A stretch of DNA of 64,000 bases from a plasmid. The position numbers and the translations under genes were made by a program. Positions 31,054 through 41,317 of the stretch are shown here, one piece after another. The notes beneath the pieces were generated by a model. That model worked only from the letters and a program-made list of their open reading frames with translations, searched no databases and was not told the DNA's origin. The stretch lies in sequence record NZ_CP072340.1, one strand, 5' to 3'. Position 1 is the first letter of the stretch, and the number at the start of each line of letters is the position of its first letter.

Positions 31054-32430
31054 ATGTTAAAACAACTCATACATCTACAAATAGTAAAGAAACGGCGCAA
31101 CTTTAAATGGAAGAATCTCTTCCTTGCTACATATTTCTACATGCTCATAGCCTTGATAATCGTATCCACCTTTGCAGAGATGGACAGCAGAATATGGAAA
31201 ACATTTGTACAGTTAGATTGGAAAAACATTGTCCCCATAGTAGCTTCCATGATGCTCTTGCCCGACATTCTCTCGAAACTTATATTCAAGACGGACTCCG
31301 CCATTATGGACGCATACATAAAGTCTCGCCCTATTAGTAAACGGACGTGGATATATTTTATAAGCATAACCAACCTGTTCAACTTCTGGACGCTGGCATG
31401 GGCACTGCCGTTAAGCATTGGCTGTTTCTTCGTAATGCCTTTCGGCACAGCGTTCGTGTCTGCTCTGCTGCTGCTCTCCGTGTCTTATATCAACAGTTTA
31501 GCCGTTGTTGCCCTCAGAACCTCGCAGGGCTGGGAATGGAAATGGGCAACCATTGTGGGCTGGCTCATGTGGTGGTCGCTGACATTTGTACACGGTCTAA
31601 ACCTCTTCGGCATGTCGTGGGGCATACACATCACCTTGTTTTTTGTCTTAACCGTGATAGGTATTACAACTGGAATATACTATTTGCAATGCCTAAATAG
31701 CTACGACGAAAGCAAGCGGAAGCAAGAAACCATAAACAAATCGCACCGCTCGGCTTTCTTTATAGAGATGCGTCCTTTCCTTAGAGGCAAGCGATTGCGC
31801 CTTATTCTGATATTCCCCGTACTGCTTGTTGCGCAAGCTTTCTGGTCTGCCTCTATGGGACCGGACGACGGAGACGCTTCCGGCAGCAACTTACTGCTGC
31901 CTCTTGCCATTATCGCACCGTCGGTAATGGTGCTGCAACTTACGTTTGCATTGGAAGGAAACTACTTCGACGGACTGTGGACGCGCCCCGTAAGCATTGC
32001 GCACCTGCTGTTCCGGAAGTACTATACAGCCATTCCGCTTACCATAGGCAGCTTCTTGTTGCTGCTGCCCACTTATTTCTTGTATGGTACCAGCCTATTC
32101 GTTCTGGTGGGGAGCCTGCTCTTTGCGCTGGGCTTTGCCAATGTGTTTATACTCACTTACTGCTTCCGCACCAAGGCAATGGACATCTTTGCCTCGGGCT
32201 TTATGAATACGCAAGGCACCGATTTCAGTGCTTCGAGCTTTGCAATCGCCTTCACCGTGATGATAGGACCGATGCTCATGGTGTCGTTTCTTCCGCCAAT
32301 GGTGTACGGAATCGTGCTCAGTGTCCTCGGTCTGACAGGCATCGTGTTGCACAAACCTGCCATTGCGTGGATAGCACGCCGCTACGAGGCAAATCGCTAT
32401 CGCCACTTTGAACGTTACAGAAACAAGTAA
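31054..32430 (+). CDS. Polytopic integral membrane protein (putative ABC-2-type permease component).
   Basis: 458 aa with 10 or more hydrophobic helices. It sits immediately upstream of an ABC ATPase in the same orientation. The -7 box TATATTTG lies at 30920. Confidence 0.5.
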   Translation: MLKQLIHLQIVKKRRNFKWKNLFLATYFYMLIALIIVSTFAEMDSRIWKTFVQLDWKNIVPIVASMMLLPDILSKLIFKTDSAIMDAYIKSRPISKRTWIYFISITNLFNFWTLAWALPLSIGCFFVMPFGTAFVSALLLLSVSYINSLAVVALRTSQGWEWKWATIVGWLMWWSLTFVHGLNLFGMSWGIHITLFFVLTVIGITTGIYYLQCLNSYDESKRKQETINKSHRSAFFIEMRPFLRGKRLRLILIFPVLLVAQAFWSASMGPDDGDASGSNLLLPLAIIAPSVMVLQLTFALEGNYFDGLWTRPVSIAHLLFRKYYTAIPLTIGSFLLLLPTYFLYGTSLFVLVGSLLFALGFANVFILTYCFRTKAMDIFASGFMNTQGTDFSASSFAIAFTVMIGPMLMVSFLPPMVYGIVLSVLGLTGIVLHKPAIAWIARRYEANRYRHFERYRNK

Positions 32431-32487
32431 CGGCTGAACGAAACTTTTATTCAAGAAAGCAAAAAAATAAGATAATAACAGCCGAAT

Positions 32488-33192
32488 ATGGAAATAAAGA
32501 TAGAGAATTTAAAGAAGATTTACGGACAGAACACCGTGATAAACATACCTGAACTGACGCTGCACAATGGCGAGCTCGTAGGACTTGTGGGCAATAATGG
32601 TGCGGGGAAGACCACACTGATGCGCCTTATACTCGACCTTATCCGTGCCAACGAGGGGCGAGTACTATCGAATGGCAGCCCTGTAAACGAGTGTTTCGAG
32701 TGGAAGAAATACACTGGTTCGTTTGTAGACAAGGGCTTTCTCATCGATTACTATACACCAGAAGAGTTCTTCGACTTCATTGCAGGCGTCTACGGCATCG
32801 ACAGCGCAACACTCGCAGAACGTCTGCAGGGCTTCGAATCGCTGATGCGCGACGAGATTATGGGCACTGGAAAGCTCATTCGCGACTTTTCCGAGGGCAA
32901 CCGACAGAAAATCGGCATCATCGGAGCCATGATAGTGAACCCCAAAATACTCATTCTCGACGAGCCTTTCAACTATCTCGACCCATCGTCGCAGATAAAC
33001 ATAGCACGCATTATCCACGAGGTGAACCTGCAACACGGCACCACCGTGCTGATTTCGAGCCACAATCTGAACTTCATTTCCGAAATTTGCAACCGCATAA
33101 TACTGATGGAAAAGGGGGTCATCTTGAAGGATTTAACCAACGCCGACGAAGCTGCAGCAAAGGAATTGCAAAGCTATTTCGAAGGAATGTAG
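32488..33192 (+). CDS. ABC transporter ATP-binding protein.
   Basis: Walker A GNNGAGKTTL, ABC signature FSEGNRQKIGI, Walker B ILILDEP, H-loop SSHNL. 234 aa. Confidence 0.9.
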   Translation: MEIKIENLKKIYGQNTVINIPELTLHNGELVGLVGNNGAGKTTLMRLILDLIRANEGRVLSNGSPVNECFEWKKYTGSFVDKGFLIDYYTPEEFFDFIAGVYGIDSATLAERLQGFESLMRDEIMGTGKLIRDFSEGNRQKIGIIGAMIVNPKILILDEPFNYLDPSSQINIARIIHEVNLQHGTTVLISSHNLNFISEICNRIILMEKGVILKDLTNADEAAAKELQSYFEGM

Positions 33193-33224
33193 GCGCAACG
33201 GCAGGAACATAATACAATAAAGAT

Positions 33225-34097
33225 ATGATACAGAGAATGCTTTTAACTACTTTCGTCTGCCTTTCTGCCACACTTTCTACTTATGCAAAGCCGAAAGAAG
33301 GATGGAAAATAGACAAGGTAAAGTACGAAATTACCTATCATATGAAGAGCATTACCGACACCACGAAGGTCGATTCGCTCGGCAATTTCATCTACAGCGA
33401 GGAGGATATGCGCCTCGATGTGGGCGAGCGGGTGAGCTTATTTTATAGCTATTCCAATGCTCTCTACGAGCAACAGCGCATCGAAATGATGAACAAAGGC
33501 AACTTTTCAGTGCCTAATATGCGAGGTGGAAGCATCTATTGGAAACTGTTCAAGAACTTTCCAACAGGCAAAACAACCTACGTAGACCATGTTTTCCGTG
33601 ATGGATTTCGCGTGGTAGAACCTATAGAGCAGCCCCAGTGGGAGCTGATACCCGACAGTACAGCCCGCATTCTCGGCTACGACTGCCAGATGGCACGCTG
33701 CAATTACAAAGGCAGACAGTGGCTTGCATGGTTCACAACCGACATTCCCATCGACAACGGACCGTGGAAATTGGACGGATTACCGGGACTTGTGCTCCGT
33801 GCATACGACAATTCGCTCCATTATATCTTCGATTGCATTGGATTGAAGCAGACCGACGGCACACGCAACATGGTGTTCGATGACCGTTTTAACGGTTACG
33901 AGGAAATCTCGATGCGACGTTTGCAGCAGCTGAAAGCCAGCACCACGCCTTTCGATGCCATCAACAGAGACGGCAAAGGAGTAACATTCCGCGTGGTAAG
34001 CGGCAGTGTTAATGGCAAGCTAACCGAAGCACAGCAAGAGGCAATGCGCAAGCAAATGCAGAAAAGACAACCACAAAACCCAATAGAAAGATTATGA
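33225..34097 (+). CDS. GLPGLI-family protein (paralog 1).
   Basis: Signal peptide plus the hallmark motif WKLDGLPGLVLRAYD. About 290 aa, typical of the Bacteroidetes-restricted GLPGLI family (TIGR01200-like). Confidence 0.75.
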   Translation: MIQRMLLTTFVCLSATLSTYAKPKEGWKIDKVKYEITYHMKSITDTTKVDSLGNFIYSEEDMRLDVGERVSLFYSYSNALYEQQRIEMMNKGNFSVPNMRGGSIYWKLFKNFPTGKTTYVDHVFRDGFRVVEPIEQPQWELIPDSTARILGYDCQMARCNYKGRQWLAWFTTDIPIDNGPWKLDGLPGLVLRAYDNSLHYIFDCIGLKQTDGTRNMVFDDRFNGYEEISMRRLQQLKASTTPFDAINRDGKGVTFRVVSGSVNGKLTEAQQEAMRKQMQKRQPQNPIERL

Positions 34098-34942
34098 AAC
34101 GTATTATTTTAACAACGGCAGCACTCGCCCTTGCAGTGCTCACCGTAAGTGCAAAACCCAACAAAAAGGACGAAAACAAAGTTATCGACAAGCTCAAGTA
34201 CACCATTACCTATCGGACAAAGAGCGTACGCGACACTACAAAACTCGACCCTGCAGGTCGTTATAACTATGAAAACGAAGACATGCAGCTCGAAGTTGGC
34301 GAGAAGGTAAGCTACTTTTACAGTGCCACCTACCGCGCTTATATAGAGAATTTGCGGAAGTCTCTCGATGGAAACAATATTCAGATAGAAACTTCAAGTC
34401 CTGCGCGTGGCAACCTCTCGCTGGACTTCTATCGTGGCTACCCTGCAGGAAAGTCTACCTATTTGGACGAGGTGCTTAGCGAAAAATTCCGCATCACCGA
34501 GTCTTTAGAGCAACCCAAGTGGGACATTATAGCCGATAGCACAAAGCAAATTCTCAACTACGCCTGCCAGATGGCGCGCTGTAAGTTTAAAGGACGCACG
34601 TGGACAGCTTGGTTCACCACCGATATTCCATTGGACAACGGACCTTGGAAGCTGTGCGGATTGCCCGGATTGATACTTCGTGCCTACGATGCCAAGCAAC
34701 AATACATTTTCGATTGCGTGGGTATGAAACAGGCAAAGGAAGGCGAAAACATTACTTACAACTCCGATTTTGACAAGTATGCTGCTTCAACAATGAAGGA
34801 ATTTGTAGACTATCAGCGCAAGGCTGTACCCGAAGACATACTGGCAACGCAGGGAATAAAGATAGAAGTGCCCGAAGAAATGAAGGCTGAGATGATGAAG
34901 GCATTGGCAAAACCGCAGCCCAGTAACCCACTTGAACTGTAA
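34094..34942 (+). CDS. GLPGLI-family protein (paralog 2, tandem duplicate).
   Basis: WKLCGLPGLILRAYD motif. It is collinear with paralog 1 (KLKYTITYRTKS.., YACQMARCKFKGRTWTAWFTTDIPLDNGPWKL). The start overlaps the stop of paralog 1 by 4 bp. Confidence 0.75.
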   Translation: MKRIILTTAALALAVLTVSAKPNKKDENKVIDKLKYTITYRTKSVRDTTKLDPAGRYNYENEDMQLEVGEKVSYFYSATYRAYIENLRKSLDGNNIQIETSSPARGNLSLDFYRGYPAGKSTYLDEVLSEKFRITESLEQPKWDIIADSTKQILNYACQMARCKFKGRTWTAWFTTDIPLDNGPWKLCGLPGLILRAYDAKQQYIFDCVGMKQAKEGENITYNSDFDKYAASTMKEFVDYQRKAVPEDILATQGIKIEVPEEMKAEMMKALAKPQPSNPLEL

Positions 34943-35002
34943 CAAACCATACTTGCAGGCATGCATGACCTGCTCCAGCAAAGCACCGATAATACCCTTT
35001 TT

Positions 35003-37558
35003 ATGAAGAAAACATTGACAATAAACGCTAAAAGCACTTTCTTCCACTCGTCAAGAATGGGCTGGAAGAGGGTGTCTGCGCTTTTCTTGTGTCTTCTTTT
35101 CGTCCTTTTTGCATCGGCACAAGACCGCATTTCGGGCGTTGTCGTAGACTCTTTAACCCACAAACCCATAGCAAAAGCCAATGTAATGTTGCTGAAAGGC
35201 GGCAAGGTAGTTACCTTTTCGCGTACCAACGATAAGGGAGAATTCAGCTTTACGCACAGCACTGCCAACCTGAAAGAACTGCAGTTGCAAGCCACAGCAT
35301 TGGAATACGAGAAGAAACGCATAGCCATTGCCACCCCAACGGGCAACCGCATAGCAATGGTACAGAAGGTTTTTGAAATGCAAGAGGTTACGGTGATGGC
35401 AGGCCCGATAACCGGTGGCAAGGACACGATTACGTTCGACCTTACTCGTTTCGCATCAGAAAGAGACAATTCGCTGAAAGATGTACTGGCAAAACTGCCG
35501 GGCGTGAACGTCGGAAGCGATGGAAAGATAAGCGTAAACGGAAAGGATATCAGTCGCTTTACGGTGGAAGGGCTCGACCTTAGCGACGGACGGTACAACA
35601 AACTCACCGAAAACATAAAGGCAAAGGACGTGAAAAAGGCGGAAGTAATAGAGCACGACCAGCCCATTAAGGCACTGAAAGGAAAGGTTTTCACCGACAA
35701 TGTGGCAATGAACGTTAAGCTGAAGGACAACGCCCGCGACCGTCTTTCGGTAACGTTGCGTCCCTATCTTGCCGTGGGAAAGCCGTCGCACGTTGCCGGT
35801 TCTGCCAATATGCTGCAGATAGGAAAGCGTAAGCAGATTATGTACGATGCGATATACGACCGTCGGGGCAGAGATGTGGCTCAGTCGGGCTTTGCTTTTG
35901 TTTCCGATTATATGGCACCACAGCCTGCAAACCTCTCGTCGTGGTACTCTGTTCCCACGCTCAAAGCTCCAATAGATGCTGACCGTTTGCGCTTCAATAC
36001 GTCGCAAAGTTACAGCATAAACCGCCTGCTGAAAACGAAAAACAACAACGAGATGCGCATAACAGCCGACTATTTCCGCAACGTTCTCCGCCAGACCACA
36101 GCCAACAGCTCTACCTACTACTTTGCCGAAACACCTACAACTACTACCGAAAAGCATCGCATGATACTGAAAGAAGACGTATTCAATTTCAGCATAGACA
36201 AGAAAATAAACACCGAAAAGCACTATGGTTCGATGCGTTTCAGTGTGAATGCCGAGCAGGACGATGCCTTGTCGGGACTTGAAAGCACAGGGCACGCCAA
36301 ACTTTCGCAGCGGGTTCGCACGCCCGAAGTGAATGTGAAAGGCTACATTACCACCACGCAAAATTGTAAGCGAGGCACACTTTCGCTGCAATCCATAGTG
36401 GATTATCACCACACACGCAACGATTTATACATCAATACCGACCGCGAGAACATTCAATCGAACCTTTGGCACAACAACAACGAGGTGAGTTGGCGAACCA
36501 CGGAGAACGGTTTTACGCAGCATTACAACTTCGATGTAGACTTTCAACACCTGAATGTGCGCAACGGGCACACACAGATAACTTTCCATTCGTCGCCTTC
36601 GCTCAACTATGAAAAGGGAAAATGGCACGCGACGGTACGGCAAGAGCTGAACTTGAAGTATCTTACCCAGCAACGCAAATGGTACTTCTATATGTCGCCC
36701 TCGCTGTATGCAAACTATAAAAAGAGCAGTCGTACCGAAACAAACGCATTGTTTTACTACGGTCAATCGCTGCGCGGACTGTCCGATTTCGCCCTCGACA
36801 GCTACCGAACCAACTACCGCACATGGAAGACTTCGCCCACGTTTATGCCACGTACCCACTCGCTAAACTTCAATCTGACCCACAATTACAAACGCGTGGC
36901 AAGGGAATTCTTTTCCAATTTCTCGCTGAATGCCAACTGCACATGGAGCAATTCGGTGGTGGATATGCAAATTCAGAACGGCAACTACCTTATGACGTAT
37001 ACCCAACACAACACCAAAAACACCAGCGTAACGGGGCGTTTCTGGGTTTCAAAAGGCTTCTACAAGCAACATTTCAAGACATCGTGCGGCATCTCGGCGG
37101 CTTACAGCGACGGCGAACAATACACTGCGGGCAAGGTGGTGGGCTACCAATACCGTTCCTTAACGTTTTCGCCATCGCTCACTTATTCGCCTTCGTGGGC
37201 ATTTGTAACCTACAGTGGCGATTTCGCCCTCAGCAAATCAACGTCCGACAATGCGTCTATGTCGTCGCGTTTCAATTGGAAACAGAGCCTGACGCTTACC
37301 TCCACCATTCGGAAAGTAGACCTTTCGCTGTCTGGCATCTACTATCACAACCAGTTGGAGGGCGCAACGCTCAACACGTTCCTTGCCGATGCGAAAGTAA
37401 CTTGGCGACAAAAGAACTTCCTTGTGCTTGCTACACTTGCCAACTTGTTCAACAAACGCAACTACATAGAAACATCATACAGTGGCGTGGGCATCTTTAC
37501 AAACAGCTACGAACTGCGTCCGCGCGAACTGATTCTTACCTTCGAGTTCAGGTTCTAA
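35003..37558 (+). CDS. Outer-membrane beta-barrel protein with an N-terminal CarbopepD_reg-like domain (TonB-dependent-receptor-like). It is the GLPGLI partner.
   Basis: Signal peptide ...LFLCLLFVLFASAQD. Carboxypeptidase-regulatory-like fold (ISGVVVDSLTHKPIAKANVMLLKGGKVVTFSRTNDKGEFSF). A long beta-strand-rich C-terminus ends in ...ELILTFEFRF, with an aromatic terminal residue. Alternative starts are 34961 or 35057. Confidence 0.7.
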   Translation: MKKTLTINAKSTFFHSSRMGWKRVSALFLCLLFVLFASAQDRISGVVVDSLTHKPIAKANVMLLKGGKVVTFSRTNDKGEFSFTHSTANLKELQLQATALEYEKKRIAIATPTGNRIAMVQKVFEMQEVTVMAGPITGGKDTITFDLTRFASERDNSLKDVLAKLPGVNVGSDGKISVNGKDISRFTVEGLDLSDGRYNKLTENIKAKDVKKAEVIEHDQPIKALKGKVFTDNVAMNVKLKDNARDRLSVTLRPYLAVGKPSHVAGSANMLQIGKRKQIMYDAIYDRRGRDVAQSGFAFVSDYMAPQPANLSSWYSVPTLKAPIDADRLRFNTSQSYSINRLLKTKNNNEMRITADYFRNVLRQTTANSSTYYFAETPTTTTEKHRMILKEDVFNFSIDKKINTEKHYGSMRFSVNAEQDDALSGLESTGHAKLSQRVRTPEVNVKGYITTTQNCKRGTLSLQSIVDYHHTRNDLYINTDRENIQSNLWHNNNEVSWRTTENGFTQHYNFDVDFQHLNVRNGHTQITFHSSPSLNYEKGKWHATVRQELNLKYLTQQRKWYFYMSPSLYANYKKSSRTETNALFYYGQSLRGLSDFALDSYRTNYRTWKTSPTFMPRTHSLNFNLTHNYKRVAREFFSNFSLNANCTWSNSVVDMQIQNGNYLMTYTQHNTKNTSVTGRFWVSKGFYKQHFKTSCGISAAYSDGEQYTAGKVVGYQYRSLTFSPSLTYSPSWAFVTYSGDFALSKSTSDNASMSSRFNWKQSLTLTSTIRKVDLSLSGIYYHNQLEGATLNTFLADAKVTWRQKNFLVLATLANLFNKRNYIETSYSGVGIFTNSYELRPRELILTFEFRF

Positions 37559-37975
37559 AGCCGAAGAAGAGCTTCATAAAGATGTAAATATTTTCCGCAA
37601 GCGTATCTAACGCATGACAGCCTTATTATCAACACATTGTAAAACCTATTGTTTTATGTTCCAAAAGAGCCGCTTTTGATGTGTAACTAATCAACGAAAA
37701 TGAAGAAAAGTAGAAGTTGGCGTAAACTAACTGATAATGAGTGAGAAATGGAACGATTTGCATAGAGGTGCTCTTTTCAAAAAGGGTAGGAATATGCAGA
37801 TTTAGGCAAAAGTTCAGTTACCAAAGCATTACCTGATTTTGGGATAGGTAACGATGGAGTAATGTCCGGTAACCGAATTATTTTCGCTCGTGTGGCTGTT
37901 GCTGTGGTCGGCAGTTTTCTGCATAAGTGAGGAACGCTTTAATTCGGGTAACTTTGCCCATAAAAATTAAAGCGT

Positions 37976-39205
37976 ATGAAACAAGAGAAAATGAAGGTGT
38001 TGCTCTACCTCAAAAAGAGCGGTCTTGACAAGTCGGGCAAGGCTCCGATTATGGGACGTATCACACTTGGAAGGAATGTTGCCCAGTTCAGTTGTAAACT
38101 CTCCTGCAATCCAGAGTTGTGGAATCCCCGTGAGAGTAGAGTGGACGGCAAGAGTCGTGAGGCAGTAGAGATAAACGGCAGGTTGGAGAGTTTGCTGTTG
38201 TCTGTTCAGTCGGCTTATCAAGCCTTACTTTCCAAAGGTTGCCCATTTGACGCAACCGATGTAAAGGAACTGTTTCAAGGCAGCGTACAGACACGATGTA
38301 TGCTTATCGAACGATTGGACATCCTCATCAGGGAGAAGAAAGAACATATTGGAATTGACATTAAGAGAGAAACAATTTCCAATTACTATACTACCCGTAA
38401 TAATCTTAGGACATTTATCGAAGACAAGTACAAGGTGGAAGATTTGTCTTTCTCGCAACTTACAGAAAATTTCATTTATGATTTCAGGGACTACTACTTG
38501 AACAAATTAGGGTTTCAGGAAAGTAGTTTCTATGCAGTTGCATCCCAAATAAAGACCGTATGCAGGTTGGCATACCGTGAAGGATTGGCTGACACCTTAT
38601 TATTTGCTAATGTAAAGATAGCAAGAGGTGATAAGAAACTCCCAAAGGCACTTGACAGACGTTCACTTGACAAACTAATGAATACCCACTTCGGAGAGTT
38701 GGAGGAAGAAATGGAAACAGCAAGGGATTTGTTTGTTTTTGCCTGTCATACAGGTGCAGCCTATTGTGATTTAATGGGATTAAGTAAGACACATCTTGTC
38801 CGTGATGATGAGGAAAATCTTTGGATGAAGTTCAATAGGCAGAAGACAGGTGTACTTTGCCGTATTAAGTTGTTGCCCGAAGCGATTAGGATAATAGAGA
38901 AGTATCGAAGCGAAGAAAGGGAAACGCTGCTGCCACAGATGAAGTATGCCACCTATCAATCGTATCTTAAAGCATTGCGCCTTAGAGTGGGCATTGCCTT
39001 TCCCTTTACCACGCATACGGCAAGGCACACCTTTGCTACGCTCATCACGCTTGAGCAAGGAGTTCCGATTGAAACTGTGAGCAAGATGCTCGGACATAGC
39101 AACGTAAGTATGACCGAGCGTTATGCAAAGGTTACACCCCAAAAACTCTTTGAGGAGTTTAATCGTTTTCTTTCTTTCACGGAGGATATGCAGATGAGTA
39201 TTTAG
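37976..39205 (+). CDS. Tyrosine-type site-specific integrase (CTnDOT IntDOT-like, with an N-terminal arm-binding domain).
   Basis: N-terminus KVLLYLKKSGLDKSGKAPIMGRITLGR. C-terminal catalytic motifs HTARHTFATL..., LGHSNVSMTERYAKV. Confidence 0.9.
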   Translation: MKQEKMKVLLYLKKSGLDKSGKAPIMGRITLGRNVAQFSCKLSCNPELWNPRESRVDGKSREAVEINGRLESLLLSVQSAYQALLSKGCPFDATDVKELFQGSVQTRCMLIERLDILIREKKEHIGIDIKRETISNYYTTRNNLRTFIEDKYKVEDLSFSQLTENFIYDFRDYYLNKLGFQESSFYAVASQIKTVCRLAYREGLADTLLFANVKIARGDKKLPKALDRRSLDKLMNTHFGELEEEMETARDLFVFACHTGAAYCDLMGLSKTHLVRDDEENLWMKFNRQKTGVLCRIKLLPEAIRIIEKYRSEERETLLPQMKYATYQSYLKALRLRVGIAFPFTTHTARHTFATLITLEQGVPIETVSKMLGHSNVSMTERYAKVTPQKLFEEFNRFLSFTEDMQMSI

Positions 39206-39233
39206 CAATAGACATATTAAAACTAAAATCATT

Positions 39234-40511
39234 ATGAGAAGTACATTCAAGATACTGTTCTATATCAACAGACAGAAAACTAAGGCAGACGGCAATACCG
39301 CCATTCTCTGCCGTATCACCATAGACGGAAAGAACACAGCCATTACCACAGGCGAAGAGTGCCAGCCTGCCGAGTGGAACTCCAAACAGGGTTTGACAAC
39401 CAATAGGAAGACCAACCAAAGAATCAATGAGTTCAGGGAATTGGTAGAAAAAACCTATCGGGACATACTGACGAGGGACGGAGTGGTAAGTGTGGAACTT
39501 ATCAAGAACAGTTTGCAAGGCATTGCCACTAACCCCACCACGCTCCTTGCAATGAGCAAAGCGGAACTGCAAGCCGTCAAGGAAAGCGTTGGAAAGTCAA
39601 GGGCAGAGGGGACTTATCTGAACCTTTACTATTCTGATAAAAATCTCCGAGATTTTATCGAAAACAAAGGAGTACAAGACATATCTATCGTCACCATTAC
39701 GGAGAGTTTGTTCGAGGAATACCGTTTCTTCCTAAAAAAGCGTGGGCTGAAAGCATCGACTGTCAATACCAATCTCAGTTGGCTGAGCCGACTGATGTTT
39801 CGTGCGGTGAGCAGCAGGATTATCCGCTGCAATTCCTTTGAGAACGCCAAGTATGAGAAGGAGGAAAAGAAGATACGCTTCTTGCAAAAGGGCGATGTAA
39901 TGAAACTTATGGCAATGACGATGAACGACAGAGAATCGGAATTGGCACGGCTGATGTTCGTCTTCTCCTGCTTCACAGGTATGGCTATCGCTGATATGGA
40001 AAATTTGGAATACAGGCATATCCAAACGGCAGCGGATGGGCGGAAGTATATCCGCAAGGAGCGTCAGAAGACAAAGGTTGAGTTTGTCGTACCATTGCAC
40101 CCGATAGCAGAGGCTATTATCCGCCATTGTCTGGAAGAGCAGAAAGGGAATGAAGAACAGCAGACGGTGAAAGAAAAAGGTAAAAAACATATCTTTCCCC
40201 GTGAGTGCAGCCGGAGCGTGATAGACGGCAGACTGAGTATTGTTGGCAAGGCTTGCGGTATCAGACAGAGATTGTCGTACCATGTTGCAAGGCATACCTT
40301 CGGTACGATGAGCCTAAGTGCAGGAATACCTATTGAGAGTATAGCCAAGATGATGGGGCACGCTTCCATATCAAGCACGCAGATTTATGCGCAGGTAACG
40401 GACAACAAGATTTCGGAGGATATGGACAGGCTTATTGCCAAACAATCGGCAAAGGATAAAGAAACTATGGAGAGAGAGGTTTGTGAACCAAACTCTGCTA
40501 ACTCGTTGTAA
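39234..40511 (+). CDS. Tyrosine-type site-specific integrase, second of the tandem pair.
   Basis: N-terminus MRSTFKILFYINRQKTKADGNTAILCRITIDGK. C-terminus VARHTFGTM..., MGHASISSTQIYAQV. Confidence 0.9.
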   Translation: MRSTFKILFYINRQKTKADGNTAILCRITIDGKNTAITTGEECQPAEWNSKQGLTTNRKTNQRINEFRELVEKTYRDILTRDGVVSVELIKNSLQGIATNPTTLLAMSKAELQAVKESVGKSRAEGTYLNLYYSDKNLRDFIENKGVQDISIVTITESLFEEYRFFLKKRGLKASTVNTNLSWLSRLMFRAVSSRIIRCNSFENAKYEKEEKKIRFLQKGDVMKLMAMTMNDRESELARLMFVFSCFTGMAIADMENLEYRHIQTAADGRKYIRKERQKTKVEFVVPLHPIAEAIIRHCLEEQKGNEEQQTVKEKGKKHIFPRECSRSVIDGRLSIVGKACGIRQRLSYHVARHTFGTMSLSAGIPIESIAKMMGHASISSTQIYAQVTDNKISEDMDRLIAKQSAKDKETMEREVCEPNSANSL

Positions 40512-40706
40512 TTAAATGTCCTATCAATTTTGACAAATCAGTAGTGTAGCATTTTTGTAGCAGTATTTTGACCGCCTAATGACTACCATTCTGACTACCT
40601 TATGAAAGCACAACTGCTCTCTTTTCTTGAGTACAAAGGTATATAAAATTGTACTAACCTCCAAATCTTTGTGCCATAAATATTTAGAAATTTTACTGCT
40701 ACACTT

Positions 40707-40760
40707 TCCAGTGCAAGGTGCAAGCCCCTATATATAAGGGGACTTGCACCTTGCACTGGA
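40707..40760. promoter_or_regulatory. Near-perfect 23-bp inverted repeat (TCCAGTGCAAGGTGCAAGCCCCT - ATATATA - AGGGGACTTGCACCTTGCACTGGA) between the integrase pair and the XRE gene.
   Basis: Read directly. The arms are complementary apart from a single-base bulge. It is followed by a T-rich stretch (GGGATTTTCTCAAAATTATTTGATTTTG). It could be a terminator or a protein-binding site. Confidence 0.5.
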
Positions 40761-40975
40761 GGGATTTTCTCAAAATTATTTGATTTTGTTCTGGAATGAT
40801 TGTTCTTACAATGTATTTCCGTTTATGAATTATAGAAAACAAACCAATTAAATCATCCCATGCCGACATCGCTCATCATATTCATCTGCACCTAATGCAA
40901 GCCACCTTGCATGGGGTGTAAACATTTGAATGTAGCGGGTTGCTCAAATTTAGGTGTCTTTGTAACTTTATACAT

Positions 40976-41311
40976 ATGAAACAGTTGCACAAAACCCTAA
41001 AGGAAAAGCGAGAGCTTGAAGGTTACTCACAAGAGTATGTCGCTGGAAAACTGAATGTTAGCTCAAGTACCATTTCACGATGGGAAACTGGAGCTGTGTC
41101 GATGACCACCTCACAAACTTACAGTTATGCCAAGGTATTGGGATGGGATGAACTCGACCTGCTTGCATCTATTGCACAAAGACAACAGGCAAGACCGCTT
41201 CCACTCGCTCAGATGAGTATCGAAGTGTTTGACAAGGAATCCTACGACAGAATTATAGATCTTGTAAAGGAGCTTGGGCCGCAACACATTATTTTACAAA
41301 CCAAATTATAA
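40976..41311 (+). CDS. XRE-family helix-turn-helix transcriptional regulator.
   Basis: HTH_3 pattern LKEKRELEGYSQEYVAGKLNVSSSTISRWETG. The track start is at 40940. The Met at 40976 is more plausible. Confidence 0.75.
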   Translation: MKQLHKTLKEKRELEGYSQEYVAGKLNVSSSTISRWETGAVSMTTSQTYSYAKVLGWDELDLLASIAQRQQARPLPLAQMSIEVFDKESYDRIIDLVKELGPQHIILQTKL

Positions 41312-41317
41312 AGGCTG

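Noticed and set aside
37559-37975. A tRNA gene as the integration target at the left end of the conjugative element.
   Set aside because: No tRNA-like T-loop or acceptor pattern (GGTTCGAATCC-type) was found here or at 48321..48487 and 59409..59726. The nested element appears to target the helicase gene itself instead.
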